This document shows, piece by piece, positions 1 to 13,790 of a DNA stretch of 64,000 bases. The notes beneath the pieces are model-generated. The model was not told where the DNA came from and searched no databases. It saw only the letters and a list, made by a program, of their open reading frames with translations. The position numbers and the translations under genes are program-made. Location: positions 94,800,001 to 94,864,000 of the forward strand of contig NC_045697.1 in assembly GCF_009834535.1 (NCBI RefSeq). Direction: 5' to 3'. This DNA is from Camelus ferus (taxonomy: Eukaryota). The stretch's first letter is position 1. Every line of letters begins with the position of its first letter.

Positions 1-940
1 AGTCCTTGCTCTCATGGAACTCACAGGCTAATCTGGGAAAAAATTTACTAATTGACTGAAAAAAGAAGACACACAATTATAAATTTTAAATTACTTAATA
101 AAACTGACAACTCTTCTAAGGTGGAAAGGTTGCTGAGAGAGACAATTATTAAACAAATGTCTCTGTGCCTTTTTAAGAGTTTTTAAATTGTGGTATAATA
201 TACATTTAGCAAGTGTACAATTCAGTGTCATTAAGTATATTCACATTGTTGTGCAATTGTCACTACTATCAGAACTTTTTCATCATCTTAAAATGAAATT
301 GTACCCATGAAACATTAACTCCTTATCCCCTTTCCCTTCTCCTCCCAAAACCTCGGCAACCACTTTTCTACTTTCAGTTTCCATGTACCTCGTGAAAGTG
401 GAATCATATGATTATTTGTCCTTTACTGTCGGGCTTTACTTAGCATAATATTTCCTAAGTTACCCATGTGGTGGCATGTATCAGAAAATCATTTCTTTTT
501 AAGACAATCATAATCCATTTACACAGTTATCCACCACTGCTATGTTTAAGCAACACCAAAGTGTGCAAAGGGAAAGGTCACTTGAGGAGTCAGATAATGG
601 ATGGCGAGTGGGAGTGAAGGGGGCTGGAAGAAAGAGAAATTCTGCAACAGAGGAAACAGTGCGGCCCAGAGGCCTGAGGCCAGAAAGGGACTGGCCAGTT
701 TTCAAGACTGAGAAGATCTGACCCAGGTATGGCATCACATCATACAAGGACATGTGTGCCACTGCAGTGTGTTTTGCATTTTATTCTGTGTACTAAGAAA
801 ACACACTGAAGGATTTTATTTTTTAAGTAGGGATATCCTATGGCTTAACTTTTTTATGTGAAAAATGGATAGGAATAAGACAGGAATATATGAAGTGAGA
901 CACATTAGGAAGCTATCACTTCAGTGGTCCAGGTATCGTT
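1..940 (-). mobile_element. Degenerate LINE-2 fragments (about 1-130 and 650-940), interrupted by an L1M fragment
   Basis: Motifs such as GTCCTTGCTCTCATGGAACTCACAGGCTA and TTAGGAAGCTATCACTTCAGTGGTCCAGG resemble antisense L2; highly diverged. Confidence 0.45.
180..503 (-). mobile_element. Old L1 (L1MB-like) 3' UTR fragment
   Basis: TTTTTAAATTGTGGTATAA...GTGTACAATTCAGTG...AGTGGAATCATA...TTTACTTAGCATAAT, typical of an antisense L1MB 3' end. Confidence 0.75.
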
Positions 941-1271
941 ACTGCCTTGTATGAGGAAGGTGGAGTTTGTAATTTAGTTGCGGGGAACTTGGTGATGAAT
1001 CCAGTGAAAGCAGTGTTGGAGGTAAAGCTGTTGGGAATCACTTTCAGGTTTCTATTTTTAAGAACCAGATGCACAATGGCATCATTTACCATTGTGGAAG
1101 AACATGTTTTTGGAAATTTCAAATTTGAATCATCTATTAGATATGAAAACTCTTCTTGTTATCATTAAAGAAAGTCTTTCCCTTGACTTTAGGGCTACTT
1201 AAAAAGGAAAAACCTTGTAAATTATTTTTTGGGGGTTCATTTTGCCACTCAAGAGAAATACTAACCTGGTA

Positions 1272-1400
1272 GGGGAGGGCATAGCTCAGTGGTAGAGTGT
1301 GGGCTTAGCAGGTACAAGTTCCTGAGTTCAATCCCCAGTACCTCCGTTAAAAAATAAACAAACCTAATTACCCACACCAAAAATAATAATAATAATAATA
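1272..1400 (+). mobile_element. tRNA-derived SINE (camelid vic-1 type)
   Basis: GGGGAGGGCATAGCTCAGTGGTAGAG (Pol III A box), GAGTTCAATCCC (B box), A-rich/(AAT)n tail. Imperfect flanking duplication AAGAGAAATACTAACC (1251-1266) / AAGAGATACTAACC (1401-1414). Confidence 0.85.
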
Positions 1401-2919
1401 AAGAGATACTAACCCTACAGAATAAACATATTATCTTTTTTTTTAATTTTGCTTATTTCACTCTGGCAATCATACACTACTGGAAGAGAAGCAAGCTTTA
1501 AAAAATTCACCTAAAACCTTCCTTAAACAATCATTTTATTTCATAGAGGCATTAAAATTTATTACTCATAATTATCGGGTTAATTTACTCTAATTTGTCA
1601 AACCTGGTCACTCCAGCAAAATTTGTACTACTTTTGAAGTATATTACAAAAAGACCTGACTCTACAGGGCTAATTTACTGTATAAATCCAAATCTTACAA
1701 TTCACTTTATTTTAGAGATTTATTCTCAATTTTACTGTCCTTTAATATATTCCTCTCTTTTACATTATAGTTTCATCATTTCTACTGTTTGGTCAAATTT
1801 CTTGAAATCCTTTTTCTTTCCTGCTTGAATAGAAGTGTCCCAGGAAAGGAAATCTATTTGTCACCCATTGTTAAGACTTTAAAACTGTTGTCACTTAGTC
1901 ACATAATCTTATTGTGCTTGGAATTTTATTGGTTTTATGCCACCTCACAAGCAGCTCCTTCCTTTTGATATTTTACAATATAATTAATCTGGTGATTCTA
2001 CTTCATGCATTTCATCTCCCTGGAATATACTTCCAAATAAAATGTCTACCTAGGCGCTTGGAGACACTTTAAATAAGCCAAATACACATTACAGTTCTGC
2101 TGTGGTGAGTCTTTCAGAAAAAGATATTCTTCGTTTGGTAATTTACGTACCTTGCTATCATTTTCAGAGTGGACAATATTAGAAAATGTTAATTGACAGC
2201 ATACCAGTATGGTAGCAAGGAGGAATTATTACTTTGACTTTAGGGCTATGCTTTTTAAAAACATTTTTTATGGTTACATGAGTCTATCACGCATTTTATT
2301 ATGTCTCTCTCCAACTATTCATTAGCCAAGATCAAAGTGAAGATTTTCATGAAAAGACACAAAAGAAGAAAAGGGAAAAGGAAAAGGCAGAAGGGGGCTG
2401 GGGAAGAAGATAAGAAAGAAAAGTTCAATTTTGAAGGAAATTTTACTGAAAGTTGTAGTCGTATTAAATTGCTTTTTCTGGTTATAAATGTAATATATGA
2501 TTAATAAGAATATATGATCAATTTAGAAAATCAGAATATATGAAAAATAATGTAGAAGAAGGTAATATCACTGGAAATCCTACTAACAAGAAATAAGTGT
2601 TGTTACCATATTAATGTATATTTTCCAGCATTTTATATTTAAGGGGATCCAACTGATTTTTTTTGACTTCTCTTTTTCTCATTGGAGAGAAAATCATAAC
2701 TTAAAAAAGAAATATAAGTATTATAAACTACTTTCAACCACAGTTTCACTCAGTGTAGAACAACAGTTTTATGGTTTATATATTTCTGATATATTTGCAT
2801 CATAAAGTTTATCCGTCTTGATCGCTGACAAATAACTTGTGACTCTGCATTCAGTTTACAAATGGCCTACACTGACCCACATTCTAGGCATTAAGAGGAC
2901 AAAGGAGAATCAACTGAGA

Positions 2920-3196
2920 GAGAGATTTAGAGGAGGGATAAATTGAGAGTTCGAGATTTGCAGATACTAACTAATATATTTAAAATAGATAAACAACAAG
3001 TTTATACTGTATAGCACAGGGAGGTATATTCAATATCTTGTAGTAAATTATGGTGAAGACAATATGAAAACTAATATATGTACGTTCATGTAAGACTGAA
3101 GCATTGTACTGTACACCAGAAATTGACACAACACTGTAAACTGACTATACTTCAATAAAAATACGTATATACAAAAAAAAAAAAAAAAAAAAAAAA
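2920..3196 (+). mobile_element. 5'-truncated lineage-specific L1 3' end with pure A24 tail
   Basis: GGAGGGATAAATTGAGAGTTCGAGATTTGCAGATAC...CTGTATAGCACAGGGA...TTGACACAACACTGTAAA...AATAAA then A24 (3173-3196); shares motifs with the 3' UTR of the full-length L1 at 35690-35830. Confidence 0.85.
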
Positions 3197-3459
3197 GAAC
3201 TTGTGTGTGGAACTTGTGTCCAGACTGAGCAGCTGGGTAGTGTCACTCCTCTGAAAACACTGTGAAAGGTTATTCAATAAGGATTCAGAATGTTAGGGGC
3301 CATTTAAAGGGCAAAAGAAAGATGCCTCAATATATAAATAGGGTTGTGGAAAAACAGATGATGTAATTTTAGAAAAGAATCAAAGGCAGCTTACAAAATG
3401 ACTCCTCCGAGGCTTCTTCTGAATAGTTCAACATTTGTGCCACAAAACGCAGAGGGACA

Positions 3460-3670
3460 GGAACATTGTACTTGCAGTCAGACAGCCATGGGTCCAAATT
3501 CTGACTTTATTTCTTACATCCTTATAACATAAAGAGCCTATTCTTTACCCCTTCATCTTGGCTCCATTTACTCATCATAAAAACGAGAGCAGTATTAAGA
3601 CCTCCTATTGATTGGATGAGATTTTTGTAAACACTTTAAAACAGTGAGTGACATACAGTAAATGACAAAT
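3460..3670 (+). mobile_element. MIR SINE (degenerate)
   Basis: GCAGTCAGACAGCCATGGGTCCAAATTCTGACT...TTTACTCATCATAAAA...ACAGTGAGTGACATACAGTAAATG. Confidence 0.55.
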
Positions 3671-3817
3671 GAATGATACAAATAAATATTCGCCACAGAG
3701 GTATTTCATATACTGTTGTTTCTTTTTCCTATTTGGATTGCTATGATATTACCATCAAAAACAGGTACCGTATATCCCTTTCATATTGCTGATACCACTT
3801 TAAAAATTTAGGGAGCT

Positions 3818-4094
3818 GTTATATAAAGGTACAAACTTGCAACTCACAGATAAATAAGTCCTGGAGATCTAATGCATAGCATAGAGGTTACACTCAACAA
3901 TACTCTTATTATAAACTTCAAGTTGCTAAGAGACTAGATCTTAATTGTTCTTACCGCAAAAAAGAAATGATAATTATATGACATGATAGAAGTGTTAGCT
4001 AAGGCTAAGGTGGCACTCACATTGCAATACATAAATGTATCAAATCAACAGGTTGTAGGCTTTAAACAATGTTATATGCCAAATATATCTCAAT
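3818..4094 (+). mobile_element. L1 3' UTR fragment (L1MA9-like/laurasiatherian)
   Basis: AAGGTACAAACTTGCA...ATAAATAAGTCCTGGAGATCTAATG...AAGTTGCTAAGAGACTAGATCTTAA...ATCAAATCAACA...TATATCTCAAT. Confidence 0.8.
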
Positions 4095-7000
4095 GGAAGT
4101 TTTATGAATTTTTTAATTCATATGTGATGTCATAAATGCGAAGAGAATGTGCATTTTCCTCTGCTCTGCTTTGTAAATTCAGAGAACGTATTGTCAGAAG
4201 ATACTATGTACAACTCTGTGACTGCTCTGTAATCCAGAGGTTTGTCGCCCTTTGATGACGGGCCTTGTAGAGCCAACTATATTTTCTCAGCTGCCCTTGG
4301 GAAAAAACTTACAGTAAGGAGGCAAGCATGGAATAGGAGAAACGGCACTAACCATTGAGAGGAGATATCTGGGTTTCAGACCTTGTTCTGCCACTCAATA
4401 ATTGTATGATCTCAGTAAGTAATCTGTCCCATTTGAGGCACAGCATCTTGTTTGTGAACGAATGGACTGAATTAGGTCACTGCATTGATCTCTAACATCT
4501 TCCTCTTCTCCATTCCCTGAGCATTTGTCTTTCTCTTTGCAAATATAAAACTCACAAAGCAAATATTCACAAACATTAAAGCTCAACGTTGACTATAAAC
4601 CTAGGGTAGAGATGAAAATTGAATAGATGATAGAAAATAATACTTTCCTTTATTGAGATGTATGAGAACACAAGGACAACTTTATCAAAGTATCAAAGAT
4701 AGATCAATGGGGAAGCTTTATTGCCAGAGGAAAGAGATTTGATTTTTAGTTGCCAAAATACAGTGAATGCTGACAGAAGCCTACAGCAGAATCTTTAGAA
4801 CCAAATTGAGATGAGCCTGAATGAAAAGGAGATGGGTAACTTGTTCTTATCTTAACAAATAGATTTAATTTGGATCTTGATGAAACAGGCTTGCTTCCCT
4901 TTTGTGCTTTATATGCTATTTCCATGACTTAGCTCATTTTTGACTAAGAGTTCTCAATACGCCTGTAGTGGCCATCTCCCAATCTGCTCCAAACAGATCT
5001 GCACTGGGTGGGGGCGGGGGCGGTAAAGCCAAACTAATTGAGGACTTTAGACTTGCCAAGTAATTTGCTAAGGAATGCACATGCTGACCTAATCATCACA
5101 ACAGCCACTGATGCAAATTATAAAGTTACAAAATAGATGTAAAAACTGAGTATCAGAGAGATTAGTTATTTATCCAAGATCATACAGATGTCTCAATGTG
5201 AACCTCTATTTGGAAAATTCTAAATCCCGTATCTTTAAATCAACAAACAATTTTGAACTCGTGCCTTGGATGGGTTAAAATATGCTGAGGTATTTTTATC
5301 TTTAGTCAGCCTTGGGGCAGTAGCCAGGACCCTGAGCAACCTATGCCCCAGTCCAGTTTCATCCAACCTCCAAACACCTCCTCAATTTCACCAAGCATAT
5401 GGTGCTGGCATTATTTTCCATGTGTGCCCTGAGAGGTCCTGCTCCACTATATGATTTGAATAAGTATAGGAAATAGAAAAAATAAAGATGCTAAAAAACA
5501 CAGTTATGGCTTTCATTACTTTTTTTTAAACAAGAAATTAGCCTGAGTAAGAAATTAAAATGACCCCAAAGAAGAAATGTGTACATCTGTACCTTACATC
5601 ACTGTTAAAATATGCCAAATCCATAACTGGGAAGAAGCTTTAGCAACAGGAAGTCCACCCTTTCAGAAGTTCCATAAGAACAGATGAATGAGATCAACAG
5701 GATAATTGACTTTATTTACATTCAACAGTAACAACTCTAACAATGCTGGCTGTTAACCTATTTATTTCATGTTAATCTCTTGATTATGTCAACAACAGTT
5801 AAAGATGCAAAGAATGTCTGTCATTTGTGACATATAATTTCAATGCTTTAAAATCTCTTCATAAGGAAATACATTTAAATTTTCCACAGATTTATTTTTC
5901 ATGTTTTCAATCTATTGACATATATGATTACTTAGCTACAACCACCCTTATTCTTAGGGGGCAGCCTCTGAAACTACATAATATAATAGAAAAAAATAAA
6001 GATGTAGGAAACATAAAGGCCTCATAGTATATTGAGTCCATGGATGAAATTAATGCTGAAAACTTTCGGAAATTTTTGCTTCATTTAGGCTCTGAGCTAC
6101 CTGTTTTGCCATATATTTAAGTCCTCACTCAAATTTTACTTAATAGGACCCAGTTTTCTCATTTAGAAAATAGTTACACGTCTGCCCTGCTTATATGACA
6201 AGATTACTGTAATGGTCTCATGTTACAAATCTTATACTAATAAACATCTACAAAAATACAATCATATATTTGCATGCTTTATGATGTTAAATAGGTATTA
6301 TAATATTCCTGTATATAATATCCTTATTCATTTTATTATTGCTAAATCAAAACCAACATTAAATTGAATTTTTAAAACAAAACAAAATGTCTTCCCTTTA
6401 TTTTAGAAAAACAAAATTCAGAAGAAAATGTAAGATATTTAGAGACACCATTGACATTTTAAAATTTAATTTTCCCTTAAAATTTTGGTTTTATCTAGAC
6501 TTTATGTAATGACATATGGTGATAATTACTAATAATATATATTTACTCTTGATTTAATTTTGAAGTATCATCAAGAAATAATGATATGCTGACCTGAAAT
6601 TTGGGTTTCACATGTAGTGCTCTAAATAGTTTAATATCTAAAAATTTCCTGAATATTTGTCTCTATTTAATACTTCAATATTCTTAATGTGTTTTAAAAA
6701 TGTTTGTCTATATAGTTTCTTTAGTTAGAACAATAAGACCCATGAGCTTTTTCAAAGTTACATAAAATACTTAACGGTGGGGATAAGAGGGTTTCAGTGC
6801 AGGATACTTCCCTATATTTTTGAGTTAACAACAGTAAATAGGTTTTACTCTATGGATTAGAAAGGACAAGAAATGGCGAAAAGGCAAGATGAAGTCAAAC
6901 TCGGTAATACTTTAAGTAAAGCAATTTGATCTTAACTAAAATCCTTAAAGGCCCAAAAAAAAGCAAAGCACAATAAATAAGTGAATTCTTTAAGAATCAC

Positions 7001-8269
7001 CTTAAAATGTTTGGATTTAAACTGACACTATCTCTTGGTGTAAACTTTGATTTATGGCTTCAAATATTCCTTATGGGATAGAACAGCAGTTTGTTAGGGA
7101 TGGAGAGAAAATGTATAATATACAGAAGCATAGATAGTACTTTTGGGTTTCCTACTAAGGATGTGTTATCTTAGGCTTTCTAATTATGCATTTCAAACCA
7201 AAGACCATCTAGCTAATAGGAACTGACTTACAATGAATAATGTTTAATGTTTAAATTTCATAAGGATGATTTCATTGCATTGTGTTATATTTTTTAACCT
7301 GTTACTTAATTTCCTTTCAATTTCTGATGCTATTGTATTATCCATTTGACTTTAAAACCTGCCTATTTTCCTAAAATCTTATATATATTTTTAAAAAGCC
7401 AAGTGCTTTTATGGAATGATGTTACTAATTTCACATATTATACATTAATTAAGGAAAAATCTTGAAATAAAAATAGGCTATGATTATGCTCTAAATACAT
7501 ATTTGACATATATCAATTGGCATGCCACTCTGCATTTATAATGTTATTTTAAAAGATAAACATTTTTCATGTTACCTTACATTTGAATATATATGCTCAC
7601 ATGTGTTAAAACATGTATCACATGGTAGCAATGTTGGTAGTGATGAATACTGGAATTAGTAACAATAATGGAATAATAGTGTGATTAACAATAATAATGA
7701 TAACACACAACAATAATAATAATCTTTATTGTCATGTTATATTGTTTTTTCCCCTCTTGCAAGATATTATGCATTTATTCGTGAGAAGCTATCATTCAAA
7801 AAAGTAAAAAACTTACACTCAGTCTCCTAACTCAATGAATCTAACACTGTTCTCTTTGATTATGATGTATGTGCTTTCTCCATTGCATCATCTTTGTAAT
7901 CTATTCTCCAAAATAAGTAGATTCCAGCTTAACTTTACTACTTCATAAAACATATATTCTACATAGATGTATAATGTGATGTATAACATAGAATATATGT
8001 TTCCATTTCTCTGAACTTAATTTCATTCTAAATTTCCATATGCCAATAACCTTTAGGAGTAAAAAACCTTATTTAAACACATATAATGTAGTGGTTGGCA
8101 AAATAATGGTGTCAATAATAGTTCTCACATCTTTACTAATAAAATGAACATTTCCAGTTCAAGACATGGCATTATTTAAATTATATGATATTAAACATGC
8201 ATTTAAATTAAAGTCTATTTTGCCACTTATTGTTTCAATTAAATATAAACTATGTTACATTTAATCCAC

Positions 8270-8830
8270 TACTTCAAATATTTATTGAGGCTATAATACA
8301 ATCAAAGCATTGAAGGGAAAGCAAAAATGAGTAAAAGTACACATTCTTCTCTAAAAGACATTTTGATCTAGTAGTAAAAAATAAAGTAAATGCACAAAAT
8401 AACCATAGCATACATCTTATTACACATAAATAATGAGGGAGAATTAAGACTCAAATGGTGTTAAAGGATAGAGTGAACAAGTGCAACTGGGAAAAATTAA
8501 GGAATTTCCAAGAAGGAGATCATATTCAAGGATTTTGCTGGTTGATTTATAGAGACTGAATTCTAAATCAAAGGCAAAAGATCAGGGAGAGAAGATTAAC
8601 TGGCTATTCAGGGAATAGCTTGTTTTTCATTTGTGCTGTAGCATACGGTACGCAGAAAAAATTACAGGGAGATAAAGTTTGAAAGCCATGATGTAGCCTG
8701 GAGTATCAAAAACTTTATATTTCATATGGTGTGAAAAAAAAAAAGAGTTTTTTTAGCCAAAGTGCAACATGAACAGAGCTTACATTAAAAAAATTTATCT
8801 TGCAGCAATGTTGAGCTTAAAGTCAAGTGA
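8270..8830 (-). mobile_element. LINE-2 fragment
   Basis: TTCAAATATTTATTGAGG start and degenerate antisense L2 motifs. Confidence 0.45.
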
Positions 8831-9049
8831 AGAAGAGCCTCTCACTATGCATTATTCTCCTATGTGGTCCCTGGGAATAGACTAGACAGCTTTAGAGATT
8901 TTTAATACCTATTCAAATACCTTCTTATGTCAGCCATAATAAATTTGAGTTTTTGTGGTCTAATCTTTTTTCTCACTCTAAAAAAGTAGATTATCCTTGA
9001 GAAAGCTTGCTCATGGTATTTACTTGGCATTCAACTGCCTATGGGCACT

Positions 9050-9775
9050 TCAATGTGCACAAAATTAGATTCAATTCCCAGGATCCCAAATAAAATCCTC
9101 TTTATACTCATTCTCTCTTGAGTAACACCATTATGCATCCAGTTACCCAGAAAAGAAATTAGGCCAACATCCTGAACTACTTTTTTAATCCTTAGCCCAG
9201 TCAGTATTTATTTCTATTCTCTATTTTAGCTCATTTCTCGCTCATCATTACCAGCCTCAATTTTTATTATACCTTCTAAGTTGTCTCTATCTACTATGAC
9301 TTCCCACCAGTTTTATTCCTCATGCTGTGTACTGAATAGCCTTTCCAAAATCATAATCTGATGATACACTTCTACGTATCAAATCCTTCAAGGGGTCCTC
9401 CTTTCTTGCAGGCTAAAGAATACACAACCTAGCTTGACATGCAAGACCATGGGATTTTTCTGGCCTCTGTCCTTCTTTTCTGTCTCTTCTCACATCACTT
9501 CCTCTTGAAATCTGCCTTCTAACAATGATCAGCCACTTTTAAGTTCCCTGAAAAGAATATCCAATTTCTCATCACTAGGCATTATTTCTCCTTAAAAAGA
9601 CTTTTCTTGTTCTTATCTGTGTTTTATATTATTTTACTAGTTTCTATTATTAAATATGTCACAAAATATTCTAATTGGTGGTATTTTCTGCTATTATGGC
9701 AAACAGAGAGTATCTTTTTCTTTATTTCCCTGGCATCTAGCACAGTACACGAGATATAATTGATGCTCGAAAAAA
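9050..9775 (+). mobile_element. LINE-2 3' fragment
   Basis: Pyrimidine-rich L2-like body ending CCCTGGCATCTAGCACAGTAC...GATGCTC. Confidence 0.55.
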
Positions 9776-12199
9776 CACTTGTGTAAGCAAAAACTGGTTT
9801 CTGTGGGTGGAGACTGTTGCCTAAAGGAAAGGTAAAACAGAGGAGATTATAAAGAAATTGTAACAATATTCTCGATGTCTAATGTATTTTATTTTCAGTG
9901 CAGACTGTAAGTTCCATTAGACCCCAGCCCTCAATAGAAACTTAACATAAGACATCTTCAATGAAAATAATAATTTTTCTTCAGTGAAAAGTCATGAGGA
10001 TTTGAGTATTTCAATATGTTTTGTTTTCCTAAAACTTCAGAATTAGGATTTCAGTGCAGTCCAGAGAGATATGAAAGAAGGTGGAGATTTTGTTTTTGGC
10101 TAGTATAAATATTTTAATCTAAGCATGTTCCCATTAGATTTGGAGGTATTATAGACTTCTTATTAGCTGATTTAAATTAATAGATTACATATTCATATTT
10201 TGTGGTGGCATCACTCATTCCACATACAGACCCATATTGATACAGGTATGTGATAGTAAAAACACCTAAACATACCATAATAAAATGTTTTACTTTTTTT
10301 TTTTTTGTAATGGAAGTCAAACCATCATTAAATATGGTTAAACACTAACATAGCACAATTAGAAATGATTTTTCAGTTGTTTTCATTTTTGTTTTATTCC
10401 TATATCAGAAATAAAAGTAGAAATAATGATCAAATAATTTCACCCCAAAATACGTAAAATATATTCATTTACAAGGTTGATATATTTTATATTAAAAAAG
10501 ATAATTCTTGTCTCAAATGTGCTCTTTGATGAGGTTAGAAACAAAAGATACCTGACATTTCTTTAGTTTTATTTATGACATTTTTTCTGAATCTGTTCAA
10601 CAAATTACAATTATCAGAGCTATATCTGAAGTACTAATACATTAGTCACAAGGGGTTAAGAATTGAACACACGTAAAGCTTTCTTTGAGGAAGATTAGCT
10701 GACTTAGAAGTTTTATTGACAGGCCATTAAATTGTATTATATCAAATAGCACACAAAAGGTAAATGTTTTTAGAAATGAAAATAAATCAGTGTTATTTTG
10801 CTTTTATTATTGTGATTTTTAATTACCCATTTAAAATTTTCTGTACTATCAATGATATGTTAAAATTTTACAACATGAATGCCTATTAGAAGAAGCATTA
10901 TTCAAAATTTTTTATCTATTGATGTCTTCTTATAAATTTTTTACAAATAAGATATATATGTAACATATATATGTGTTATATAGGTGCGTAATTAATCTAT
11001 TTGAAAGCAAATTTACAAATGGATTCCTTTCTCAATTATGTGAGATGAAATAATTATTATTTCCGATATACTAAATTTGATAGCTTAAAAGACGTGAACA
11101 TGTCTACAGCTTGAATTGTTTCCACCACATTTTTAAATTCTAACATTATAAAACAGAAGTTTTCATTTCTTCAATAGCAGTATTTCTTGAGATGATTGAT
11201 TTTTTCCACTAAAAGTTTTAAAAAAGTAATACCAGAGAGGCCTCAGTAACAAGTGACAGCATCACTTTCCTGGGATCAGATCATTGAATACTGAAATCCA
11301 AGATGAGCGTCATTTTAGCACATGCATATAAAACAAGAGGAACTCAGAGGAAAATGGAAGTGTCAATTCAATGAAGGGTTGTATGCACAGACTTGATCAC
11401 ATTAATTCTGAAGCACATTTTTAACAGAGAAATGAATAAAGAGTGAAGCCTTTGTTAAGCACTGCCGTGGCAAGCCAGCATCGCAGAAGTAGGAATCACT
11501 CAAGTCGTAGACACCAGATGATTCCAGAAATCATGGAAACAAACTTGCAAGAATATTTTGAAAAGAATTAGGATCATTAAACAATATTTTAGGAGATTCT
11601 GAAAACATCAAAAAATACGAAAGACTTCAAAAGAATAGAAAATACATAAATTAGGAGGAAACTATTACATAAATTTATATCCATTTTAACTGTGATCTCA
11701 GGGTTGCCTCAACTTCTTGGGCTTCAGTTTTCATATTTATAAAATAGAAATGCTATTTGATGTGTAAGTTATTTCAACTACATAGCATGTTCCATCTGTA
11801 AAGAGTTCTAAAATGATTAAAACTATAAGCATAGTACTAACTTTATTTGGCCATGAAACTAAATTCAAACCTGTTTTGCCATTTACCTGGGAAGAAATAA
11901 ATTTTGTGGCATAAAATATGTAGTATGATACATATTATCCATGAGCAGGTGACATCTTAGACAATGTACACAAGGATAATAAATGCATTCCATATATTAA
12001 GACATCAAAGGCAGTTCAATACAATAAAATTAATTATATTATTAAGAGTTTCAGAAGATAGTAATTGAATAAGCAACCGTAGAGTTGAGGGCACATTAAT
12101 AAAATGATGAATACAATATATGTGAAGCATTTAGGAAAACCACCAAGGGGTGTTAATAGTACTACTGGGCTAGAAAGGGATGTTTTGAGAGCTATAACT

Positions 12200-12500
12200 T
12201 AACTCTGGGCCTAAAAAAACAAGATAAGGAAGCAACTGCTGGAAACCAGAGATGGGAACTGCATGTAAGACGGATGTTCAAGATGCACTATGGTCTTAGG
12301 GAAAGCCAACCTATGGCAACCTGGCAGTGAGAACACAGAGGAAATATATACCTCAGCCTTACCCTTCTCTCACTCTTGCATTCTGATGACTCTCACTGAC
12401 TAAATCTCCTTGAAAGTCTGCAGGGATGCAAACTATAAAGGACATCTTCCTTAGGCCCAAACCAGGTAGAGAAGGGTAGAAGGTGGACTGGAGGATGAAT
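12200..12500 (-). mobile_element. Old ERVL LTR (LTR33-like) fragment
   Basis: CCCTTCTCTCACTCTTG...GGTAGAGAAGGGTAGAAGGTGGACTGGAGG resembles antisense LTR33. Confidence 0.4.
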
Positions 12501-12549
12501 CATTTCATGAATATACTAAATATTCATCAGGTATTTTCCCAACAAGTAG

Positions 12550-12772
12550 TACTAGAGGAAAGGATGGAGACATGAACCAACATTTCTGAATTTGAATTCA
12601 AATTCCATTGTTTCTAGCTGATTGACATTAGGCAAGTTAAGTTCCTTCTCTCTATATAAGTTTCCTCTATAAATTGGGGAAAATAATCTTGGCAATATAT
12701 GAGAGTTAAGTAAACTATCAATGAACAGCATCTCCATTAAATCAGGCATATAGCAAGCATTCAAAAATGTTT
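12550..12772 (+). mobile_element. MIR SINE
   Basis: GACATTAGGCAAGTTA...AGTTTCCTCTATAAATTGGGG...GGCATATAGCAAGCATTCAAAAATG. Confidence 0.65.
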
Positions 12773-13569
12773 TATTTTATCTTTATCAGATTTCATTCAG
12801 GGTACTCAAATTCGTGGCACAACTATTTTTTTTTTCAATTTGAAAAAGAGCTAAATTCTAAGAACATCACATTCTAATTAGTTTCACATTCTTTGAAGGC
12901 AATTAAGAATATGACTCATTTGAAAACTCAGCTATATTCAATATACTTAGAGAAATCAGAATTAACCTAATGCTATAGAACTTTTATAAAATCATATGCT
13001 ACAAAGGCATTGTAGAATTTATGGTATTTTATATCTCAAGCCAAATAACTCTATACAGGGGAATAAAGCAAGATGATGCAATTTAACCATGGCTGTTTAC
13101 TGTCATCTTGGAGTATGTGTTAAAAAAACTCAACAGAAAAGCAGGAATCAGTATTGTTGTTGCAATAAGTGGAGCATCATCTCTTGGACAATGATTTAAT
13201 TTATTCAAATAACGGTCACGAACTGGCAAGAATATGTAAGAACTAGCAAGATGTGGCCTACTAATGAATCTTTACCTGAAAAAGAAATCTGCAGTATATT
13301 ATCTGGAAATATTCAGAGCAATAAACAGTAGACTTTTGAAAATATAAACACCAATCTATTTAGGAAGTAAATAAATATGATACTTTTGAAGTTGAAATGT
13401 AACTTAATATAGGGACAACATTGACTACTTAATTATCAAATTGTCTATAAAAGAAAATCTAATTTTTGATTTTAAATGAAGTCAATAGTCATAATGCATC
13501 ATACTATTTTCCCATTTATCAATAAGCAGTATGTGGTGAAAATAATTACAATAGTAATTACAGAATGTC

Positions 13570-13790
13570 AACCACATTTGAATATATATTAAGTTCTTAC
13601 TCTGTGCCAGGTATTACGCTAAGTAGTTCATAAAAATTACCACATGCATCCCTCAAATGATCTATGCATTACGCATATCTCCATTTCACAGATGGGGAGA
13701 GTAAGTTTTAGGAAAGTTAAATAATTTCCCATGTATATTAGCTGAGGTCAGGATTTATATGCAATCAATATAGCTCTTATATGCCCTTAT
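13570..13790 (-). mobile_element. MIR SINE
   Basis: TTACTCTGTGCCAGGTATT...CCATTTCACAGATGGGGAGA...AAGTTAAATAATTTCCC. Confidence 0.65.

Noticed and set aside
1272..1345. tRNA gene
   Set aside because: Degenerate cloverleaf with A-rich tail and flanking duplication indicates a SINE
5006..5024. GC-box run GGGTGGGGGCGGGGGCGG as a promoter
   Set aside because: Isolated, no CpG island or downstream exon evidence
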